From Octopus vulgaris (Eukaryota): 64,000 nt of DNA. The stretch spans positions 50,344,001 to 50,408,000 of the forward strand of contig OX597829.1 of the NCBI GenBank assembly GCA_951406725.2, written 5' to 3'. Every line of letters starts with the position of its first letter. The stretch's first letter is position 1. The notes under the pieces were generated by a model that searched no databases, was not told where the DNA came from, and saw nothing but the letters and a program-made list of their open reading frames with translations. The translations under genes were made by a program, and so were the position numbers. Positions 26,189 to 38,202 of the stretch are shown piece after piece.

Positions 26189-27016
26189 TATAGGTATATA
26201 TATATATATATATATATACATACATACATACACACACACACACACGAACACACACACACACACACATACACACACACGAATTATAATCATCATTGTTGCT
26301 TTAACACTTTTCCCCTTTTCCATGCTTTGATACTCTTTCTGTCACCATTCTGCCAACCCTCACCTTTTTGCAAGTAAAATATTACTTTGCCTTAATCTTT
26401 TGATCAACAAGCTGCTCAATGACTGGACATTAGATAACATATATAAATGACAGCTTTTCTATCAGCTTTCAAATGTCAAAACAAAGGAAAAAACAACCAA
26501 CACACAGCAGGTTTCTTTCAGTTTCACCTCATATGGTTAGCCTACAACTGCCTATAAAAGATATCAGCCACACAGCAGTAACAAGCCCTTGACCAGATGC
26601 CCTTACATCTGCACCAATGTGTGTAAATGTAAAAGTACATAGCTGAGTGAATAGGGATGATATATATAAATGAAAGACTGATTAAGTTGATGAGTGAATG
26701 AATCCGAATATGAATCGGAACATGAATTATTGAGCATATAATGAGTATATAAATTTCTAGCGATGAGTATATAAATTTCTGAATTTGCATTCAGGACTTA
26801 GAGCCAGAAGAAATGCTGCCAACCATTTTGTCTGGCATGATAATGGTTCTGCCAGCTCACCACCTTATCTTGCCATCAATATTTATGTCAATATCTATGT
26901 CAATATTAAGGTGGCAAACTGGCAGAATTATTAGCACTCTGGATGAAATGCTTTACAGCATGTCATTCTTCATCACCATCACCATCACCATCATGATGAT
27001 GATGATGATGATGATG

Positions 27017-27053
<37 letters not shown>

Positions 27054-27807
27054 ACATCATCATCATCATCACCATCATCATCATCACCATCATCATCATC
27101 GTTTAACATCTGCTTTCTGTGCTGGCATGGGTTGGACAGTTTGACTGACGACTGGCGAACCAGATGGCTACACCAGGTTCCAATCTGATCTGGCAAGGTT
27201 TCTACAACTGGATGCCCTTCCTAATGCCACCCACTCCTAGAGTGTAGTGGGTGCTTTTTACGTGCCACCGACATGGGAGCCAGTCAGGGGACACTGGCAT
27301 CAACTCATGCTTGAATGGTGCTTATTATATGCTGCCAGCATGGGTGGCATTCAGATGGCACTGTTATCAGCCACAACTATGATTTCCATTTTGATATCGA
27401 TTTTGTTCAAATTCTACCGAGGTCAACTTTGTATTTCGTCCTTTTGGGATAAACAAAATAAGTACCAGTGGAGTACTGGAGTCAATATAATTGCCTTAGC
27501 CACTCTCCAAAATTGCAGGCCTTGTGCCAAAATTTGAAACCAACATTTATGTCAATATCTATTGTCCAAAGTATCTGTGATTTTCTTTTTTTAAGGGGGA
27601 TGGGGGTTGTTTTGGGTTTGATTTTTTTTTTTTACAAGATGTTAGTTTGAAAAATATTTGAATATCTTGCTATTTCTAGCAGGTTAAATTGCCATGTAGC
27701 AGTTCCATTATTGATTCATGTCAACATCTTATGTTTTTATTTAATGGAAATATGCCAATAGCAACAACAACAACGACATGTAAATGATAGTTTTGAGGAA
27801 TACCAAC

Positions 27808-27920
27808 CTTATTGATTGCCATCCTTTGTTCAGTGGACCATGGTAGTTTAACTCCGTAGCACTGTAATTCTTGTCCTGACTGGACACATGAGCCACGTGG
27901 AATGGTATCTTCTGCGGCAT
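27808..27920 (-). CDS. CEP104: First coding exon of centrosomal protein 104 (CEP104), N-terminal jelly-roll domain start
   Basis: Translates to MPQKIPFHVAHVSSQDKNYSATELNYHGPLNKGWQSI(R). This is gap-free colinear with the vertebrate CEP104 N-terminus as recalled (MPHKIGFVVVSSSGHEDGFSARELMIHAPTVSGWRSPR). It ends at a phase-2 donor AG|gttggt (27808/27807). A candidate acceptor ...aaaacag|G gives an exon start at 27986. No later exon was recognised in the window. Confidence 0.85.
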
Positions 27921-28125
27921 TGTAGCTGCTCTTATGAGCATAATGATTCAAAGTCTCTCAATGATTTACAGTCTTTCTTTGGTTTCCTGTTTTGTATCAA
28001 AAGGTTCAGAAAGCAAAACAATGACATTAATTAAGAGAAACAATGACAAACATACAAAATGGTTTAAATTTGTTGGGAAAGTTTCTACCAATATGTACCA
28101 CACATAAAGAAGTCACAAATATATA

Positions 28126-28531
28126 TCTATATATATATAAAACTGTAGTTGTGTGAGTGTCTGTCTCCTACGATTTAGATTCCTAACTACTCCCACATTT
28201 TGCGGTGCAGTGTAACCAAAACCGGGTATCTTATAGTCGTGATTCATATTGAGCCCTTCTGGGTATTAGCGCGCCTCTACAATGAGTCTACGATTTTCAA
28301 AATAATTTGCCATCATTTTTCCCATTTTAATGCATTTTTTCGCTATTATATAAGGGAAGTAATTCTCTAAAAATGTCTACGATGAGTCAACGATTTAAAA
28401 AAAAATTTACCATCATTTTTTTTCCATTTTTAATGCATTTTTTTTTTGCTATTTTTTGGCTATAACTCTCTAAAAATGCTTATATAGTTATTTCCCTTAC
28501 AAACCCAAGCAACGCCGGGCGATACTGTTAG
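28126..28531 (+). mobile_element. Non-autonomous Helitron-like element
   Basis: 5' TCTATATATAT, 3' hairpin CCCAAGCAACGCCGGG then ...TTAG|T. Homologous to 38203-38593, which ends CTAG|T. Confidence 0.7.
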
Positions 28532-28851
28532 TATATATATATAAAAATTAAAACAAAGAACAATATGTGTTATCTTGTTTGGTCATGTTGAATTTTGCCT
28601 TTGTTAATAGTTTCTTTAGGTTATGTGGTTGCATTTTGCTTAAGATAACTGTTTGATTAGTTATGTTTTTTTTTATTTTTCACTTTGTTTTATGATTGGC
28701 AAATTTGTTTTCATGATGTTAAAAATGTTTTAGTTTTGCGGATTATGTGTTACTAGAAATGGTCAAGTGTTCCTAAGATTATCAATGTTATCATTATTAT
28801 TATTATCATCATTATTATGATTATTATTACTATTATTATTATTATGCTCAT

Positions 28852-29153
28852 GGGCATATGGTATAGTGGTTAAGAGTGCGAGCTACTAACCCCATGATTC
28901 TGAGTTCAATTCCATGCAGTGACCTGACTACTACTACTACTACTACTACGAATAATAATAATAATAATAATAATAACAATAACGAAAAATACCTTAGGAA
29001 TGAGAACCCAGGTTTGAAATTTCCCCAAGGCATCTGATGAAGGCTGGAGTGTATATCAGCCGAAACGTTGCGTTAAGAACAAACAAGATGAGGACAAATA
29101 TCCATCAAATGTAAATAATGTACATAATTCCTCATCACTTAAATATAGAACTG
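28852..29153 (+). mobile_element. tRNA-headed SINE-like element carrying a hammerhead motif
   Basis: A box TGGTATAGTGG (28859), B box GAGTTCAATTCC (28902), (CTA)n(TAA)n spacer, then CUGAUGA-AGGCUG...CAGCC-GAAAC-GUU at 29034-29069. Confidence 0.65.
29029..29074 (+). ncRNA. Minimal type I hammerhead motif (weak stem I)
   Basis: GGCAU-CUGAUGA-A-GGCUG(GAGUGUAUAU)CAGCC-GAAAC-GUU-GCGUU. Confidence 0.6.
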
Positions 29154-29295
29154 TATTCTATACACATTCACACAAATTCAAAAGAATATATATATATAAC
29201 GGGAAGCTTTATGAAAATAGACAAAAGACGAAGGCAGGTGGAGCACAAACAAACAATTGTATTAGTATGGCGCTCAGGAATATAAATAACACAAG

Positions 29296-29333
29296 TCTTT
29301 TACGTTTCGAACCTATGCTCTTCAACAGAAAGA
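29296..29333 (-). ncRNA. Minimal type I hammerhead motif (CUGUUGA core variant)
   Basis: Minus: UCUUU-CUGUUGA-A-GAGC-AUAG-GUUC-GAAAC-GUA-AAAGA. 5-bp stem I, 4-bp stem II, palindromic ACGU stem III. Confidence 0.65.
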
Positions 29334-30884
29334 TACACAGAAAAGAAACACGGAGAGAAACAAGGAGAGAAAAAAATGCGTGCAGAAGCTAGCGATTCAA
29401 CATACACACACACACATATATATAGGGGAGGAGAGACAGACAGACAGACAGACAGAGGAGCAGAAGAAGAAACTGAAAGAAGCCTGTAATACATGCACAC
29501 AGACACAGACACACACACACACACACACACACACATAAATATATATGTGGTTCAAAATTGTGCAAAAAAAATGAGACAAGAACAGGTGAGGTAACAACAA
29601 ACAAGCTGTATTAGTTTGACAGTTCAACCAACGCACCAATTCAACTACATGTTTACCAACGCCCAGGACCTCTCTTAACTTAAAATACCTTCTCATTTTG
29701 TTAGTGACCGGATTAAATTCACTCAAAGAAGAACTTTGATAGAACAAACAAACAAACAAATAAGCAAACATAAATACATACATACAAACACATATGTACA
29801 GCCATCGTATATATGTATATATATATATATATGCGTATGTGTGTTTGTCCCCCTAGCATTGCTTGACAACCGATGCTGGTGTGTTTATGTCCCCCGTTAC
29901 TTAGCGGTTCGGCAAAAAGAGACCGATAGAATAAGTACTGGGCTTACAAAAGAATAAGTCCCGGGGTCGAGTTGCTCGATTAAAGGCGGTGCTCCAGCAT
30001 GGCCGCAGTCAAATGACTGAAACAAGTAAAAGAGTAAAAGAGAGAGTATGCATTTGATTGATTGATTGTTCCTTCTGAAGCCATACCTGGCTCATAAGGG
30101 CCAGTTTCCCGGTTTCATTGGCATATAGGTTCCCCACCTGGATGAGACGCTGGTCTGTCACAGGTGAGCTGCTAGATGCAGGAGGAAAGAGTGAGAGAAA
30201 GTTGTGTCAAAAGAGTCAGCAGAAGTTCACCATTACCTTCTGCCGGAGTCGCGTGGAGCTTAGTTGTTTCACTCATAAACACACATCGCCTGGTCTGAGA
30301 TTTGAACCCATGATTCCTTGACCACGAGTTCACGGCTCTAACCACTAGGCCATGTGCCTCCACTATGTCCATACATAGGTACATACATGCATACACAACG
30401 TTTATCAAATCCACTCTTGTTTTGGACCACGAGTTCACGGCTCTAACCACTAGGCCATGTGCCTCCACTATGTCCATACATAGGTACATACATGCATACA
30501 CAACATTTATCAAATCCACTCTTGTTTTGGCCTAGGGTTATAGTAGAAGGCATATGCCTGAGTTGTCACACAGTGAGACACAAAACCCAAAAGCCATGTG
30601 GTTGGGAAGCAAACTTCTTAAACACACAGCCCCACTTGCACCTACCCATTTCTGTGCTTACTTTCTTCTTTCTTATATAAATTGGATCAACACCTCAGTG
30701 AGAAACCAGAAAGTTACAAGGTGTTTTCTGTTTGTTTGACCCATTTCAATTTTGTTAGAAGAAATTTGATATGATTATATAATCTACTTTTACTTTTGAA
30801 TGTTTGTTCAGAAAAAGAAGAACAAAAATTAGAAATCAATATGGTATGGAGAGTGTTTGTTGGGAATTTATTCTTCTAGTTGTG

Positions 30885-31330
30885 ATCTTTATCTTAGATG
30901 ACATGGTTGGAGAGATAAAGGTGTTGGGTTTTGTATTCAGAGATAATGAGTTCAAGTTTCATTGCAGACATTTCATTGTGGTCTCTAGACAAAAACACTT
31001 TAAAAATACCTCCACTACGTTCAGATAGTTATCACCTCTATAGGTGACATGATTGGCTGAATGGATAAGGTGTTGGATTGAGTACCCAGAGGTAATGAGT
31101 TCAAGTTTCATTGCAGACATTTCATTGTGGTCTCTAGACAAAAACACTTTAAAAATACCTCCACTAAGGTCAGATGGTTATCACCTCTATAGGTGACATG
31201 GTTGGCTGAATGGATAAGGTGTTGGATTGAGTACCCAGAGGTGATGAGTTCAATTCTCACTGTAGACATTTCATTGTGATTTCTAGACAGAATAAGAAGT
31301 TCAAATTTGACCACAGATATGGTGACATCT
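30885..31330 (+). repeat. ~149-bp tandem repeat (~3 units) containing a tRNA-like Pol III head
   Basis: GAGTTCAAGTTTCATTGCAGAC at ~30948 and ~31097. Each unit has TGGCTGAATGG...GAGTTCAA. Confidence 0.75.
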
Positions 31331-31351
31331 AGACAGTTACTATTATAAAGA

Positions 31352-31637
31352 TGGCCAGTCTATGAGGTTACCCTGGGTTTCTTGCTCATAAGCAGTTTAG
31401 CCTTATGGTGTATCTTCAGACCCCAAACACTGCTGGCCTAAGACCTCTTTAAAATATGGAGGGGGAAATGCCTAACTATAAAAATAAAAGTAACCTAGTG
31501 TTTACTTTTATAGAGAGGCATTTCCCCCTCCATATTTTAAAGAGGTCTTAGGCCAGCAGTGTTTCGGGTCCGAAGATACACCATAAGGCTAAACCCTTTA
31601 TGAGCAAGCAACCCAGGGTAATCCTATAAACTGGCCA
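31352..31637. repeat. ~285-bp imperfect palindrome of a PLE terminal repeat with mirrored hammerhead motifs
   Basis: TGGCCAGTCTAT...ATAAACTGGCCA arms. Minus 31364-31424 reads GGGGU-CUGAAGA...GAAAC-CCAGG-GUA-ACCUC. Confidence 0.8.
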
Positions 31638-31647
31638 CATGTTGTGT

Positions 31648-31950
31648 GTGGAGGTGCAATGGCCCAGTGGTTAGGGTACCGGACTCGAGGTCGTAGGACC
31701 GCAGTTTCGATTCCCAGACCGGGCATTGTGAGTGTTTATAGAGCAAAAACACCTAAAGCCCCACAAGGCATGGCAGGGGGTGGTGGCAATCCCTGCTGTA
31801 CAATATCGTTACAACTTTCTCTCGCTCTTTCCTTTGTTGGCCTGCTTGCTTAGGCAAGCGGGGTGGCGTCATTTGAAGGCTAAAACAATGCGAAGCGCAC
31901 TGTGACCAGCGATGTGTAGCAACATCTGATAGCCTGGTCGGCCACGGTGA
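31648..31950 (+). mobile_element. tRNA-derived SINE, family C
   Basis: GGAGGTGCAATGGCCCAGTGGTTAGG...GTTTCGATTCCC head. Relatives at 8722, 30060-30362 (-) and 48945. Confidence 0.75.
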
Positions 31951-31954
31951 TATA

Positions 31955-34900
31955 AGGTGGTGCCCCAGCATGGCCACAGTCCAATGACTGAAACAAGTAA
32001 AAGATAAAAGATATACTGGGGTTGATTTGTTCAACTAAATCCCTTCAAGGTGGTGCCCCAGCATGGCCACAGTGCAATGACTGAAACAAGTAAAAGATAA
32101 AAGATATACTGGGATTGATTTGTACAACTAAAACCCTTCAAGGTGGTTCCCCAGCATGGCCACAGTCCAATGTCTGAAACAAGTAAAAGATAAAAGATAT
32201 ACTGGGATTCATTTGTTCAACTAAAACCCTTCAAGGTGCTGCCCCAGCATGGCCACAGTCCAATGACTGAAACAAGTAAAAGATAAAAGATAATATGGGA
32301 TTGATTTGTTCAACTAAAACCCTTCAAGGTGCTGCCCCAGCATGGCCACAGTCCAATGACTGAAACAAGTAAAAGATAAAAAATATTCTGTGATTGATTT
32401 GTTCAACTAAAACCCTTCAAGGTGGTGCCCCAGCATGGCCACAGTCCAATGACTGAAACAAGTAAAAGATAAAAAATATTCTGTGATTGATTTGTTCAAC
32501 TAAAACCCTTCAAGGTGGTGCCCCAGCATGGCCACAGTCCAATGACTGAAAAAAGTAAAAGATAAAAAATATTCTGTGATTGATTTGTTCCACTAAAACC
32601 CTTCAAGGTGGTGCCCCAGCATGGCCACAGTCCAATGACTGAAACAAGTAAAAGATAAAAGATATACTGGGATTGATTTGTTCAACTAAATCCCTTCAAG
32701 GTGGTGCCCCAGCATGGCCACAGTCCAATGACTGAAACAAGTAAAAGATAAAAGATATACTGGGATTCATTTGTTCAAATAAAACCCTTCAAGGTGGTGC
32801 CCCAGCATGGCCACAGTCCAATGACTGAAACAAGTAAAAGATAAAAGATATACTGGGATTCATTTGTTCAACTAAAACCCTTCAAGGTGCTGCCCCAGCA
32901 TGGCCACAGTCCAATGACTGAAACAAGTAAAAGATAAAAGATATACTGGGATTGATTTGTTCAACTAAAACCCTTCAAGGAGGTGCCCCAGCATGGCCAC
33001 AGTCCAATGACTGAAACAAGTAAAAGATAAAAAATATTCTGTGATTGATTTGTTCAACTAAAACCCTTCAAGGTGCTGCCCCAGCATGGCCACAGTCCAA
33101 TGACTGAAACAAGTAAAAGATAAAAAATATTCTGTGATTGATTTGTTCAACTAAAACCATTCAAGGTGCTGCCCCAGCATGGCCACAGTCCAATGACTGA
33201 AACAAGTAAAAGATAAAAATATTCTGTGATTGATTTGTTCAACTAAAACCCTTCAAGGTGGTGCCCCAGCATGGCCACAGTCCAATGACTGAAGCAAGTA
33301 AAAGATAAAATATATACTGGGATTGATTTGTTCAACTAAAACCCTTCAAGGTGGTGCCCCAGCATGGCCGCAGTCCAATGACTGAAACAAGTAAAAGATA
33401 AAAGATATACTGTGATTGATTTGTTCAACTAAAACCCTTCAAGGTGGTGCCCCAGCATGGCCACAGTGCAATGACTGAAACAAGTAAAAGATAAAAGATA
33501 TACTGGGATCGATTTGTTCAACTAAAACCCTTCAAGGTGGTGTCCCAGCATGGCCACAGTCCAATGACTGAAACAAGTAAAAGATAAAAGATATACTGGG
33601 ATTGATTTGTTCAACTAAAACCCTTCAAGGTGGTGCCCCAGCATGGCCACAGTCCAATGACTGAAACAAGTAAAAGATAAAAGATATACTGGGATTGATT
33701 TGTTCAACTAAAACCCTTCAAGGTGGTGCCCCAGCATGGCCACAGTCCAATGACTGAAACAAGTAAAAGATAAAAGATATACTGGGATTGATTTGTTCAA
33801 CTAAAACCTTTCAAGGTGGTGCCCCAGCATGGCCACAGTCCAATGACTGAAACAAGTAAAAGATAAAAGATATACTGGGATCGATTTGTTCAACTAAAAC
33901 CCTTCAAGGTGGTGCCCCAGCATGGCCACAGTCCAATGACTGAAACAAGTAACAGATAAAAGATATACTGGGATTGATTTGTTCAACTAAATCCCTTCAA
34001 GGTGGTGCCCCAGCATGGCCACAGTCCAATGACTGAAACAAGTAAAAGATAAAAAATATTCTGTGATTGATTTGTTCAACTAAAACCCTTCAAGGTGGTG
34101 CCCCAGCATGGCCACAGTCCAATGACTGAAACAAGTAAAAGATAAAAGATATACTGGGATTGATTTGTTCAACTAAATCCCTTCAAGGTGGTGCCCCTGC
34201 ATGGCCACAGTCCAATGACTGAAACAAGTAAAAGATAAAAGATATACTGGGATTCATTTGTTCAACTAAAATCTTCAAGGTGGTGCCCCAGCATGGCCAC
34301 AGTCCAATGACTGAAACAAGTAAAAGATAAAAGATATACTGGGATTCATTTGTTCAACTAAAACCCTTCAATGTGCTGCCCCAGCATGGCCACAGTCCAA
34401 TGACTGAAACAAGTAAAAGATAAAAGATATACTGGGATTGATTTGTTCAACTAAAACCCTTCAAGGTGGTGCCCCAGCATGGCCATGTCCAATGACTGAA
34501 ACAAGTAAAAGATAAACAATATTCTGTGATTGATTTGTTCAACTAAAACCCTTCAAGGTGCTGCCCCAGCATGGCCACAGTCCAATGACTGAAACAAGTA
34601 AAAGATAAAAAATATTCTGTGATTGATTTGTTCAACTAAAACCCTTCAAGGTGGTGCCCCAGCATGGCCATGTCCAATGACTGAAACAAGTAAAAGATAA
34701 ACAATATTCTGTGATTGATTTGTTCAACTAAAACCCTTCAAGGTGCTGCCCCAGCATGGCCACAGTCCAATGACTGAAACAAGTAAAAGATTAAAAATAT
34801 TCTGGGATTGATTTGTTCAACTAAAACCCTTCAAGGTGGTGCCCCAGCATGGCCACAGTCCAATGACTGAAACAAGTAAAAGATAAAATATATACTGGGA

Positions 34901-37590
34901 TTGATTTGTTCAACTAAAACCCTTCAAGGTGGTGCCCCAGCATGGCCGCAGTCCAATGACTGAAACAAGTAAAAGATAAAAGATATACTGGGATTCATTT
35001 GTTCAACTAAAACCCTTCAAGGTGGTGCCCCAGCATGGCCGCAGTCCAATGACTGAAACAAGTAAAAGATAAAAAATATTCTGTGATCGATTTGTTCAAC
35101 TAAAACCCTTCAAGGTGGTTCCCCAGCATGGCCACAGTGCAATGACTGAAACAAGTAAAAGATAAAAGATATACTGGGATTCATTTGTTCAACTAAAACC
35201 CTTCAAGGTGGTGCCCCAGCATGGCCGCAGTCCAATGACTGAAACAAGTAAAAGATAAAAAATATTCTGTGATCGATTTGTTCAACTAAAACCCTTCAAG
35301 GTGGTGCCCCAGCATGGCCACAGTCCAATGACTGAAACAAGTAAAAGATAAAAGATATACTGGGATTGATTTGTTCAACTAAAACCCTTCAAGGTGGTTC
35401 CCCAGCATGGCCACAGTGCAATGACTGAAACAAGTAAAAGATAAAAGATATACTGGGATTGATTTGTTCAACTAAAACCCTTCAAGGTGGTGCCCCAGCA
35501 TGGCCACAGTCCAATGACTGAAACAAGTAAAAGATAAAAGATATACTGGGATTGATTTGTTCAAGTAAAACCCTTCAAGGTGGTGCCCCAGCATGGCCAC
35601 AGTCCAATGACTGAAACAAGTAAAAGATAAAAGATATACTGGGATTGATTTGTTCAACTAAAACCCTTCAAGGTGGTGCCCCAGCATGGCCACAGTGCAA
35701 TGACTGAAACAAGTAAAAGATAAAAGATATACTGGGATTGATTTGTTCAACTAAAACCCTTCAAGGTGGTGCCCCAGCATGGCCACAGTCCAATGACTGA
35801 AACAAGTAAAAGATAAAAGATATACTGGGATCGATTTGTTCAACTAAAACCCTTCAAGGTGCTGCCCCAGCATGGCCACAGTCCAATGACTGAAACAAGT
35901 AAAAGATAAAAGATATACTGGGGTTGATTTGTTCAACTACAACCCTTCAAGGTGGTGCCCCAGCATGGCCACAGTCCAATGACTGAAACAAGTAAAAGAT
36001 AAAAGATATACTGGGATTGATTTGTTCAACTAAAACCCTTCAAGGTGGTGCCCCAGCATGGCCGCAGTCCAATGACTGAAACAAGTAAATGATAAAATAT
36101 ATACTGGGATTGATTTGTTCAACTAAAACCCTTCAAGGTGGTGCCCCAGCATGGCCGCAGTCTAATGACTGAAACAAGTAAAAGTAAAAGACAAAAGATA
36201 TACTGGGATTGATTTGTTCAACTAAAACCCTTCAAGGTGGTGCCCCAGCATGGCCGCAGTCCAATGACTGAAACAAGTAAAATATAAAAAATATTCTGTG
36301 ATTGATTTGTTCAACTAAAACCCTTCAAGGTGGTGCCCCAGCATGGCCACAGTCCAATGACTGAAACAAGTAAAAGATAAAAGATATACCGGGATTCATT
36401 TGTTCAACTAAAACCCTTCAAGGTGCTGCCCCAGCATGGCCACAGTCCTATGAGTGAAACAACTAAAAGATAAAAGATATACTGGGATTGATTTGTTCAA
36501 GTATAACCCTTCAAGGTGCGTGCCCCAGCATGGCCACAGTCCAATGACTGAAACAAGTAAAAGATAAAAGATATACTGGGATTGATTTGTTCAACTAAAA
36601 CCCTTCAAGGTGGTGCCCCAGCATGGCCACAGTGCAATGACTGAAACAAGTAAAAGATAAAAGATATGCTGGGATCGATTTGTTCAACTAAAACCCTTCA
36701 AGGTGGTGCCCCAGCATGGCCACAGTCCAATGACTGAAACAAGTAAAAGATAAAAGATATACTGGGATTGATTTGTTCAACTAAAACCCTTCAAGGTGGT
36801 GCCCCAGCATGGCCACAGTGCAATGACTGAAACAAGTAAAAGATAAAAGATATACTGGGATTGATTTGTTCAACTAAAACCCTTCAAGGTGGTGCCCCAG
36901 CATGGCCACAGTCCAATGACTGAAACAAGTAAAAGATAAAAGATATACTGGGATCGATTTGTTCAACTAAAACCCTTCAAGGTGGTGCCCCAGCATGGCC
37001 ACAGTCCAATGACTGAAACAAGTAAAAGATAAAAGATATACTGGGATTGATTTGTTCAACTAAAACCCTTCAAGGTGGTGCCCCAGCATGGCCACAGTGC
37101 AATGACTGAAACAAGTAAAAGATAAAAGATATACTGGGATTGATTTGTTCAACTAAAACCCTTCAAGGTTGTGCCCCAGCATGGCCACAGTCCAATGACT
37201 GAAACAAGTAAAAGATAAAAGATATACTGGGATTGATTTGTTCAAGTAAAACCCTTCAAGGTGGTGCCCCAGCATGGCCACAGTCCAATGACTGAAACAA
37301 GTAAAAGATAAAAGATATACTGGGATTGATTTGTTCAACTAAAACCCTTCAAGGTGGTGCCCCAGCATGGCCACAGTCCAATGACTGAAACAAGTAAAAG
37401 ATAAAAGATATACTGGGATTGATTTGTTCAAGTAAAACCCTTCAAGGTGGTGCCCCAGCATGGCCACAGTCCAATGACTGAAACAAGTAAAAGATAAAAG
37501 ATATACTGGGATTGATTTGTTCAACTAAAACCCTTCAAGGTGGTGCCCCAGCATGGCCGCAGTCCAATGACTGAAACAAGTAAGAGAGAA
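31955..37590 (+). repeat. 93-bp satellite, ~60 tandem units, derived from the family A SINE 3' tail
   Basis: Unit AAACCCTTCAAGGTGGTGCCCCAGCATGGCCACAGTCCAATGACTGAAACAAGTAAAAGATAAAAGATATACTGGGATTGATTTGTTCAACTA. No unique spacers. Confidence 0.97.
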
Positions 37591-38202
37591 AAGAGAAGGT
37601 CAACAAAGATGTGACTGAAAACAACGGGAATTGTGATATGTCTGTGTTTATAACTAATTGTTCTTTTAGGAGAAGCAGGTAAATATTTTCTCATTGCCTA
37701 AATGGCATGATACGACAATCTATTGAAATACGAAGATGAGAGCTAAGTAAATTTGACTGCGAGATTATATGCATTCAGAAGATCTGAAGAAATTGGAAAT
37801 ATATCTTTATAGCCTGTGTTTTATCTCCTAGCATTATAGAAAGAAGATAGAAACGTTTGTGTGTGTGTGTGTGTGTGTGTGTGAGTTTGGGAAAGGATTT
37901 AGGAAGAAGAAGAAGAAAAAAAAATCCATGCAATAGGAAACGGATGGGAAAGGAAGTGGGATGCGGATACGGAACATGGCGTGTTTGATAGGAAAGTGTG
38001 AAAAGGGACATTTTTATAAGAAGCCAATATATGTAGGAATGCAGGTGATGAAGAACTTGAAGAACTGGATGAAACTGGATGAAACTGGATGGAACTGAGA
38101 TGGATGGATAGGAAGAAGGAAACAAAGGAGGTGAGAGACTTGGTGCATTGTCCAATGGCACTTGAATGATACCATATACAAGATGAAAAATCTGAATATA
38201 TA

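Noticed and set aside
26530-26645. Possible transporter-like exon on minus (…VRASGQGLVTAVWL…)
   Set aside because: Short, ends in a stop, has no partner exons and lies inside the CEP104 intron; the resemblance is too weak.
28852-28925. Functional tRNA gene (also SINE heads at 31648 and 48945)
   Set aside because: Acceptor and T stems do not pair properly and the heads run into repeat bodies, so these are SINE heads.
31975-32005. Hammerhead in the 93-bp satellite unit (GAAACAAGTA)
   Set aside because: There is no CUGANGA core or stem I; it is the SINE 3' stem-loop.
31955-37590. CRISPR-like array
   Set aside because: Units are contiguous near-identical repeats without unique spacers. There are no cas genes, the context is eukaryotic, and the unit derives from a SINE tail.
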